From the NCBI RefSeq assembly GCF_046293155.1, contig NZ_JBKBPQ010000014.1: a stretch of 64,000 bases of DNA, one strand, 5' to 3'. Shown here one piece after another: positions 9,142 through 16,017 of the stretch. The DNA comes from Allosphingosinicella sp. (GTDB taxonomy: Bacteria > Pseudomonadota > Alphaproteobacteria > Sphingomonadales > Sphingomonadaceae). Below the pieces are notes generated by a model that was not told the DNA's origin, did no database searches, and saw nothing but the letters and a program-made list of their open reading frames with translations. Position 1 is the stretch's first letter; each line of letters opens with the position of its first letter. The translations under genes were made by a program, and so were the position numbers.

Positions 9142-9855
9142 GTGGCCGATTTCGGCACCGATGAAGGCGGTGGTTTCAACGCCATTAGCCGATCCTACAA
9201 GAACGATCCGACAATTGAGCACTATGTAAAGCTGCGGCGCGAAAACCCGGACGCCGAAATCGAAGTGTCTGTTGTCGGCGGGATGGACCAACTGATGTTC
9301 ATGGAGCCTGAACTCAGAAAGTTCGGCTTCGATCCTCAAATTGTTGCCGGCGTCTTGGATGCAGACCCTGAGGCGATAAGTGCGCTCTCGTTGCAGATCA
9401 TGGAAAGAATGATTGAAGCTCGGGATCTCGCCCGATCAGGTCAGACCCACCTGACCAGACGCGGTTTGGTCGTCCCTGACAAGCTGATCAATTGGCTAAT
9501 CGCATGCATGCTGGATTCCTTGAGCTGGACTGACGAGCTTTACATGCCAAGGGATCTTATCGTCCTGATCCGCGAGCGCTTGGGCGGATCCAACCTCGAA
9601 TACGAACAGGCGTCCGCTGCCCACCAGAAGCGATGGTCCGCGATCATCGTCGGTGGTCAACTCAAGGCACGGGGGATCGAGCCAAGCTTCAGAATGCTCG
9701 CCAAAATTCTCAAGGTTTCTCCCACCACCGTCATGCGCTGGTTCCCGGATGGCGAGTTCGAGGAGGAAATCGCGCGGGTATCCACCTGGTTCGACGAGAA
9801 CGGCCAGATGCGAAGCCTCTCGGACATCACCCGACGACCGTTGCAAACGAAATAA
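9142..9855 (+). CDS. Unknown 237-aa protein with C-terminal HTH (cassette gene C)
   Basis: GTG start. HTH-like SFRMLAKILKVSPTTVMRWF. Visibly lower GC than its neighbours. Confidence 0.6.
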   Translation: MADFGTDEGGGFNAISRSYKNDPTIEHYVKLRRENPDAEIEVSVVGGMDQLMFMEPELRKFGFDPQIVAGVLDADPEAISALSLQIMERMIEARDLARSGQTHLTRRGLVVPDKLINWLIACMLDSLSWTDELYMPRDLIVLIRERLGGSNLEYEQASAAHQKRWSAIIVGGQLKARGIEPSFRMLAKILKVSPTTVMRWFPDGEFEEEIARVSTWFDENGQMRSLSDITRRPLQTK

Positions 9856-10047
9856 GCTGCGCAACACCTAAACCGTCAGTCAAACCTGCGGCGCCGATGG
9901 ATATCGGCCAATCGCAGGAAGTCTCCGGTGATCGCGGGCCAAGCATACCCACACTTCGCCCACATCATCACCACGTCGTGCCCACCTATTCTGGCCGGCG
10001 CATCGGCAACCTGCGGACATCACGAACGATGACCGAGGCGTTGACCG

Positions 10048-10623
10048 ATGCATTCTTCTATTTCCCGAGACGACCTTCAGATCCTTCTTCATGAGGCGGA
10101 CATCGCCGCCCGCCGCCTCGTCCGCCAGCTGCGGCTTCCTCGCGCCGATCTCGACGATGTCCGCCAGGACCTGCTCGTTGATCTAATAGCCCGGCTTCCC
10201 GCCTACGACGCAGATCGCGGCACGCTCGGCGCCTTTGCCGGCGCCATCCTCACCAACAGGGCGACGCGCATCGCCAACAAGGTGAAGCGGGAGCGCCGGA
10301 TGTATGGCGCGACGCCGATCTCGCTCGACGAGGCCATTCCCGACAGCGACGGGCTGACCCGCGGCGATCTCATCGCCGAAGCCGATGGGCTGTCGGCGCT
10401 CTTCGGCCAGCCCGTCGACGCATTCGCCACCGCCGAGGAGCGTCTCGATGTCGAGCGCGGTCTTGGCTCGCTCGAACCCGCCGACGGCGCTCTCTGTGCA
10501 GCCCTCTCCCGCACCACCGTCGATCGCCTTGCCGCGAGCGGGCATGGCGCCCGCAGCAGCCTCTACCGCCGCGTCAAGGACATCCGCCTTGCCCTGACGG
10601 CGATCGGCGTCCGGGCCGCGTGA
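10048..10623 (+). CDS. ECF-type sigma-70 family factor, prophage-encoded
   Basis: Region 2-like DLDDVRQDLLVDLIARLPAYDADRGTLGAFAGAILTNRATRIANKVKRERR and region 4-like HTH SSLYRRVKDIRLAL. Confidence 0.7.
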   Translation: MHSSISRDDLQILLHEADIAARRLVRQLRLPRADLDDVRQDLLVDLIARLPAYDADRGTLGAFAGAILTNRATRIANKVKRERRMYGATPISLDEAIPDSDGLTRGDLIAEADGLSALFGQPVDAFATAEERLDVERGLGSLEPADGALCAALSRTTVDRLAASGHGARSSLYRRVKDIRLALTAIGVRAA

Positions 10624-10657
10624 GACGGTTCGGCGAGCGCGTGAGTAGGAGCCCATC

Positions 10658-10999
10658 ATGAACGTCATTGCATCCAGATTCCCCGCTGTCCGGAAGCCGC
10701 TCACCGAGATCGATCTCTGCGGCTGGGTCGGTCAGGCAGCACCCGGCGACATCCTCGAATATCACCGTGGGTTCCTCGCGCTCGACACCATGCCGCAGGG
10801 CACGCGCCTTGCCGAACGGGAGCGGGCGGAACTCGCCCGCGTCGCGCGCCGCGCCTGGTGGGCGGCCGAGCGCGGATTGATCCATCTCGTGCAGCGTCGC
10901 CACCGGTCGGATGATTACAGCTATCTGGCCATCGCCCGCCCGAAGCCGAAGCAGGCCTCGGTATCGCTGTCCACCCTACTGCTGGCGGAGGTGGCGTGA
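10658..10999 (+). CDS. Hypothetical phage early protein
   Basis: ORF in the co-directional early operon. Its stop overlaps the next start. Confidence 0.5.
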   Translation: MNVIASRFPAVRKPLTEIDLCGWVGQAAPGDILEYHRGFLALDTMPQGTRLAERERAELARVARRAWWAAERGLIHLVQRRHRSDDYSYLAIARPKPKQASVSLSTLLLAEVA

Positions 11000-11493
11000 T
11001 GGCACCAGCTCGTAGCAACCGCCCCAGCCTCGACGACATCCGCACCATGCCGGTCGGCGAAATCGCAAAGCTTCCGGCGGAGCATCTGGCGCTGCTCCAG
11101 GAGGATGCCGACGCCGCCCTGGATGCCGCCAAGCGGCTCAAGGAGTGGCTCGAAGGCGCGATCGCGCTTCGCTACGCCGACGCGGCAGCGACGGTGCGCC
11201 GGGCCGAGGGCAAGGACACCGGCCTCGTCCGTTTCGAGGACGGCGCCGTCGTCGTCGCGGCCGATCTCCCGAAGAAGGTCGACTGGGACCAGTCGCTGCT
11301 CGCCGCACTCGTCGAGCGGATCCGTGCGGGCGGGGAGAACCCGGCCGATTACGTCGACATCGGCTTCAAGGTCCCCGAGCGCAAATACACCGCCTGGCCC
11401 ACCGCCATCCGCGAGGCCTTCGCCGCCGCCCGCACGGTGCGGACCGCCAAGCCGACCTTCCGTCTCACCATCAAGTCCGAGGATACCCGATGA
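10999..11493 (+). CDS. Hypothetical phage early protein
   Basis: GTGATG start region overlaps the upstream stop. Protein-like composition. The stop overlaps the next ATG (ATGA at 11490). Confidence 0.55.
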   Translation: MAPARSNRPSLDDIRTMPVGEIAKLPAEHLALLQEDADAALDAAKRLKEWLEGAIALRYADAAATVRRAEGKDTGLVRFEDGAVVVAADLPKKVDWDQSLLAALVERIRAGGENPADYVDIGFKVPERKYTAWPTAIREAFAAARTVRTAKPTFRLTIKSEDTR

Positions 11494-11789
11494 CCAGCTC
11501 TGCTGCCCTGACCGAGATCCGCAAGCGCCACTACGCGCTCGAAGCGCTGCCCGACACCATCGTCATTCCCGTGCTCGGCGAAATCCGCCGCGAACAGGTC
11601 GTCAAGCCGATCGAGGACGCCACGCTCGACGATATCGCCTTCGCCTTGCTGGGTGTCGAAGCCGAGTTCAGCGCGGTCGGCGACCGCCTGCACGCTCTGC
11701 GCAAACTCTATGGTCTTGCCCGGCAGGCGGGCGCGCGCGGAAGCGAGTGCGCTCTTGATATGGCGTCACGCGACGCTGGAGGCCGCTGA
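11490..11789 (+). CDS. Hypothetical phage early protein (99 aa)
   Basis: Internal ATG of ORF 11145..11789 (MTSSAALTEIRKRHYALEAL...), coupled at both ends. Confidence 0.5.
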   Translation: MTSSAALTEIRKRHYALEALPDTIVIPVLGEIRREQVVKPIEDATLDDIAFALLGVEAEFSAVGDRLHALRKLYGLARQAGARGSECALDMASRDAGGR

Positions 11790-12622
11790 TGGCGCTGCGC
11801 ATCGTCAGCGCCGACGAACGGCTGTCCGCGGCCGGCGCCAAGACCACCATGGCGATCTTCGGTCCGAGCGGCGTCGGCAAGACGTCCTTGCTGAAATCGC
11901 TGCCGCCGGCGGAGACGCTTTGCATCGACCTCGAGGCCGGCATGAAGTCTGTCCAGGACTGGCCCGGCGACAGCATCCCGGTGCGCACCTTCGCCGACGC
12001 CCTCGACATCGGCTGCCTCGTCGGCGGGGTCAATCCGTCCGCCGACCCGAGCGGCTTCTTCTCCGAGGCGCATTACCAGCATCTCAGGGAGAGCTATCCG
12101 GATCTCGTTCAGATGATCGCGGGCAAGCGCATCATCTTCGTCGACAGCATTACCGATCTCACGCGCCAGGCCATGGCCTGGGCGAAGACCCGGCCCGAGG
12201 CCTTCTCCGACAAGACCGGCAAACCCGACACCCGCGGCGCCTACGGGCTGCTCGCCCGCGAGGTCATCGGCCTCCTGAAGCACCTGCAGCACGCGGAGGC
12301 GAAGACCGTGATCTTCGTCGGCATCCTCGAACGCGTCACCGACGAGTTCAACCGCACGACCTGGCAGCCGCAGATGGAAGGCGGCAAGGCCGGTCGCGAG
12401 CTTCCCGGCATCGTCGATCAGGTCATCACCATGAGCCTGTTCGTGCGCGACGGGGACGGCTGGCGGCATGAGCCCGAGCGCGGCGAAGAACGCCGCCTCG
12501 TCTGCCGCGCCGGCAATCCCTTCGGCCTGCCGGCGAAGGATCGCAGCGGCCGTCTCGATGTCACCGAGCCGCCCGACCTCGGCGCGCTGCTCTCCAAGAT
12601 CAACGCAACCCGGAAAGGATGA
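11789..12622 (+). CDS. AAA-family (Sak4/RecA-like) phage ATPase
   Basis: Walker A GPSGVGKTS, Walker B-like IIFVDSI. Usual position upstream of a DUF669-type SSB. Confidence 0.85.
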   Translation: MALRIVSADERLSAAGAKTTMAIFGPSGVGKTSLLKSLPPAETLCIDLEAGMKSVQDWPGDSIPVRTFADALDIGCLVGGVNPSADPSGFFSEAHYQHLRESYPDLVQMIAGKRIIFVDSITDLTRQAMAWAKTRPEAFSDKTGKPDTRGAYGLLAREVIGLLKHLQHAEAKTVIFVGILERVTDEFNRTTWQPQMEGGKAGRELPGIVDQVITMSLFVRDGDGWRHEPERGEERRLVCRAGNPFGLPAKDRSGRLDVTEPPDLGALLSKINATRKG

Positions 12623-12628
12623 CGAGCC

Positions 12629-13372
12629 ATGAGCTTCGACATGAACGACGCCGAGCCGCAGAAGAGCGGCGAACGGATCCCCGACGGCACCTTCGCCAAG
12701 GTCACCATGACCATCCGGCCGGGCGGGACCGACGGCCAGAGCGAGATCGACCGGGGGCTGCTCAAGGCCTCGAACGCGCCCGGCAGCGACGTGCTGATGG
12801 TGGATGCCGAGTTCACCGTCGCGGAGGGTCCGCACGTCCGGCGCAAGTTCTGGCAGATGTTCACCGTCTCCGGCGGCAAGGTCGACGAGCACGGCGTCTC
12901 GATCGGCTGGAAGATTTCCAAGGGCAGCTTCCGCGCGATGATCGACAGCGCGCTCGGGCTCGATCCGCAGGACATGAGCGACGCGGCGAAGGCGAAGCGG
13001 ATCCTGCGCGGTCTGGCCGACCTCAACGGCATCACCTTCGTTGCCAAGATCAAGGTCGAGCCCAGCGACGATCCGCGCTACGGCGACAGCAACAAGCTCG
13101 ACCGTGTGGTTCTGCCGATCGAACCCGAATGGCGGAAGGTGATGGACGGCGAGGTCCTGGCGCCGAGCCCCAGCACCCGCGCGCGGCCGAAGGCTGCATC
13201 GCCCGCATCGCCCGCAGCTCCGGCCTGGGGGCAGCCCGCCGCATCGCCGCCCGCGAGCGCTGCCCCGGCCTGGAGCCGGCCGGCACAGCCGGGCACGGCT
13301 CCGGCAACGGCCCCGGCAGCCGCACCTGCAGCGACGCCGGCCCCGAGTGGCCCGGCTTGGCTCAACACCTGA
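12629..13372 (+). CDS. DUF669-like phage single-strand DNA-binding protein with Pro/Ala-rich tail
   Basis: Synteny with the AAA ATPase. The N-terminal domain resembles DUF669 (from memory, unverified). Low-complexity P/A tail. Confidence 0.6.
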   Translation: MSFDMNDAEPQKSGERIPDGTFAKVTMTIRPGGTDGQSEIDRGLLKASNAPGSDVLMVDAEFTVAEGPHVRRKFWQMFTVSGGKVDEHGVSIGWKISKGSFRAMIDSALGLDPQDMSDAAKAKRILRGLADLNGITFVAKIKVEPSDDPRYGDSNKLDRVVLPIEPEWRKVMDGEVLAPSPSTRARPKAASPASPAAPAWGQPAASPPASAAPAWSRPAQPGTAPATAPAAAPAATPAPSGPAWLNT

Positions 13373-13377
13373 CCGTC

Positions 13378-13605
13378 ATGACGGCCGATGAGTGGCAGGC
13401 GCACGTCACGCGCGAGGCAGCGAAGGCGATGGGACAATGGCTCGAAGGACGCGGAAGGCTTCACCAGCCCATCGCCGCTCTCACGCTCCCCGAACTGGAA
13501 GCCATGGCGGCGAACGCGATCGCGCGGTTCATCGTCCTGGCCTCACACCGGATCAAGGATCAGCCGGACGACGCAGAGGACCTGACCCGGCTCTTGCTCG
13601 GGTAG
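13378..13605 (+). CDS. Hypothetical small phage protein (75 aa)
   Basis: Internal ATG of ORF 12619..13605 (MTADEWQAHVTREAAKAM...). Confidence 0.45.
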   Translation: MTADEWQAHVTREAAKAMGQWLEGRGRLHQPIAALTLPELEAMAANAIARFIVLASHRIKDQPDDAEDLTRLLLG

Positions 13606-13607
13606 CC

Positions 13608-13961
13608 GTCTGCGCCGTCTGCGGACGTCAGGCGCGGGGCTTCGGCTACGTCCACCAGCTGCGCTGGGACCGCTTTCCTTACCACCGCTTCTGCTCGATG
13701 CGCTGCCTCGATGTCGGCGCGGCGCTCGCCAAAAGGAACAACGGGATGATCGACAAGACCGACATGGAGACCCGAGCGATCAAGGAGGCGCGCCGGTTTC
13801 TCGCCGAGACGCTCACCGAGCTCGACCTGATGGCGCCGTTCTACGACCGGAAGCCGGAAGAGATCGACCGCATCATCGAGGCCTGCGTCGACGGGTTTCA
13901 GGAATCGATGCGGCGCCAGGCAGCCGCCCGCGACCCGCTCGACGACCCGATTCCCTTTTGA
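13608..13961 (+). CDS. Cys-rich (CxxC...CxxxC) small phage protein; start codon unresolved
   Basis: VCAVCGRQARGFGYVHQLRWDRFPYHRFCSMRCLD looks like a zinc-binding motif. There is no ATG/GTG/TTG between the upstream stop (13603-13605) and this motif. Confidence 0.4.
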   Translation, partial: VCAVCGRQARGFGYVHQLRWDRFPYHRFCSMRCLDVGAALAKRNNGMIDKTDMETRAIKEARRFLAETLTELDLMAPFYDRKPEEIDRIIEACVDGFQESMRRQAAARDPLDDPIPF

Positions 13962-13969
13962 GGTGGCGC

Positions 13970-14740
13970 ATGGGAATCGATCTCAACCACGGCTCCGGCT
14001 TTATCTATCGCCGCGTCGGCCACGCGATCAGCGTGTCCGATCGGGTCAATGCCCTGATCGATGCGGCGCTCGTCGCACGCAATTGCCGGCAGGCGCCGCG
14101 CAATTATCTCGGAGGCAGTCGGATCGGCGAGCCCTGCGCGCGCAAGCTCGTCTACGAGGTGACCCATACGCCCAAGGATGAGGGACGGGATTTCGACGGC
14201 GCGATCCTGCGCATCTTCGACGCCGGCCACCAGTTCGAGACGCTCTCCATCTGCTGGCTGCGCGGCGCGGGCTTCGACCTTCGCACCGAGCGCGCGGACG
14301 GCGGACAATTCGGGTTCGAGACGGCGGGCGGGAGACTGCGCGGCCACATCGACGGCGTGATCGTCGCTGGCCCCGATGTCGGTCTGCACTGGCCCGTGCT
14401 CTGGGAGCACAAGGCGCTCAACGCCAAATCCTGGAACGACCTGGTCAAGCGTGGCTTGCGCGCCTCCAAGCCGGTCTACTACGCACAGGTCCAGCTCTAC
14501 ATGGGCTATCTGGAGCTGGAGACCGCCCTCGTCACGGCGCTCAACAAGGACACCGAGGCGCTCCACCACGAGGTGGTCGGGTTCGATCCGCCCTTCGCGC
14601 AGGCGCTCTCCGACAAGGCCGTCGATATCCTGCGCGCCGTGGAAGCTGGCGAACTTCCACCGCGGATCGCCGCAGACCGAGATTTCTATCTCTGCCGCAT
14701 GTGCGCCTATGCGGAGCGCTGCTGGGAGGGCGAGCGATGA
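13970..14740 (+). CDS. PD-(D/E)XK (Cas4/RecB-like) exonuclease
   Basis: GHIDGVI...WEHKALN nuclease core and C-terminal Cys pair (CRMCAYAERC). GAGGTGG RBS before the ATG at 13970. Confidence 0.8.
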   Translation: MGIDLNHGSGFIYRRVGHAISVSDRVNALIDAALVARNCRQAPRNYLGGSRIGEPCARKLVYEVTHTPKDEGRDFDGAILRIFDAGHQFETLSICWLRGAGFDLRTERADGGQFGFETAGGRLRGHIDGVIVAGPDVGLHWPVLWEHKALNAKSWNDLVKRGLRASKPVYYAQVQLYMGYLELETALVTALNKDTEALHHEVVGFDPPFAQALSDKAVDILRAVEAGELPPRIAADRDFYLCRMCAYAERCWEGER

Positions 14741-16017
14741 GCTTCATCCCGTCGCAGCAGCAGGCGGCGGCAATCGCCGCGATCGAGGACTGGTTTCGGC
14801 ACGGCACGCGCAATCAGCAGGTGTTCCGCCTGTTCGGTTACGCAGGAACGGGCAAGACCACCATCACACGGCATGCAATCGGCGAGCTCGGTCTTGAACC
14901 GATGGATCGCACGGGCGGCTCGGGCGGCGTGCTCTATGCCGCCTTCACCGGCAAGGCGGCCCTGGTGATGACCCGGAAGGGAACGCCAGCCTCGACGATC
15001 CACAGCCTGATCTACAAGGTCTCCGAGGCGACGCCCGAGGAGATCGAGCGTGTCACCCGCGAACTGGAAACGCTTCGCGGCGGCCTGCGCGCAATGCGAC
15101 CGGCCGAGCGTTCCTTCGCGGAGACCCAGATCCGCCGCCTCGAGCTCCGGCTCGCCGACATCCATCAGCCCCGTTTCATTCTGAACGAACAGTCGCTGGT
15201 CCGCGACGCCGACCTGATCGTGCTCGACGAGGTCTCCATGGTCGGCGCCGAAATGGCGAGCGATCTGCTTGCCTTCGGCAAGCCGATCCTGGTGCTCGGC
15301 GACCCCGGCCAGTTGCCGCCGATCAAGGGCGACGGCGCCTTCACCGACGCCGATCCAGACGTGATGCTGACCGATATCCATCGCCAGGCGGAGACCAGCG
15401 CGATCATCCGTCTCGCCACGCTCGCACGGCAGAGCGTGCCCATTCCCTACGGCGAGCACGACGACTTCGTCTGGAAGATGCGGCGCTCCGACATCGGCCC
15501 ACATCAGTTCCTCAAGGGCGGCCAAGTGATCTGCGGCCGCAACGCGACGCGGCTCTTTCTGAACACCGCGATGAAACAGGCGGCCGGCTTTCCTGACGCT
15601 TACCCGCGAGGTCTCGGCGAGAAGATCATCTGCCTCAAGAACCGGCACGATCTCGGTCTCGTCAACGGCATGTTCCTCGACCTTTCGGACATCCGCGACG
15701 AAAGCCCGCTCGCGTTCAGCGCATCGGTGCGCACCGAGGACGGAGCGAGCGTTCCCGGCCGCCAGTGGTTCTACAAGGGCCATTTCGACGACCACGTCGC
15801 CCACGACGCCGAGCGCCTGCGCCGTGATTGGCGCGACATGCGGGGGCTTGTCGAGAGCGTCTGGGGCTACGCCATCACCTGCCACAAGGCCCAAGGGTCG
15901 CAGTGGGAGAACGTGATCGTCTACGACGACGGCCTTGGGCGGACCGCCGAGGACCGCGCCCGCTGGCTCTACACCGCCATCACGCGCGCGGAGCAAGGGC
16001 TGGTGATCCTTGATTGA
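14737..16017 (+). CDS. RecD/Dda-like SF1 DNA helicase
   Basis: Walker A GYAGTGKTT, DEVSMV, and a C-terminal YAITCHKAQGSQW motif. ATGA overlap at 14737. Confidence 0.9.
   Translation: MSFIPSQQQAAAIAAIEDWFRHGTRNQQVFRLFGYAGTGKTTITRHAIGELGLEPMDRTGGSGGVLYAAFTGKAALVMTRKGTPASTIHSLIYKVSEATPEEIERVTRELETLRGGLRAMRPAERSFAETQIRRLELRLADIHQPRFILNEQSLVRDADLIVLDEVSMVGAEMASDLLAFGKPILVLGDPGQLPPIKGDGAFTDADPDVMLTDIHRQAETSAIIRLATLARQSVPIPYGEHDDFVWKMRRSDIGPHQFLKGGQVICGRNATRLFLNTAMKQAAGFPDAYPRGLGEKIICLKNRHDLGLVNGMFLDLSDIRDESPLAFSASVRTEDGASVPGRQWFYKGHFDDHVAHDAERLRRDWRDMRGLVESVWGYAITCHKAQGSQWENVIVYDDGLGRTAEDRARWLYTAITRAEQGLVILD

Noticed and set aside
13170-13372. Pro/Ala-rich repetitive stretch (PAAPAWGQPAASPPASAAPAWSRPAQPGTAPATAPAAAPAATPAPSGPAW)
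   Set aside because: This is a low-complexity C-terminal tail of the SSB-like protein, common in such proteins. It is not an independent DNA repeat element.
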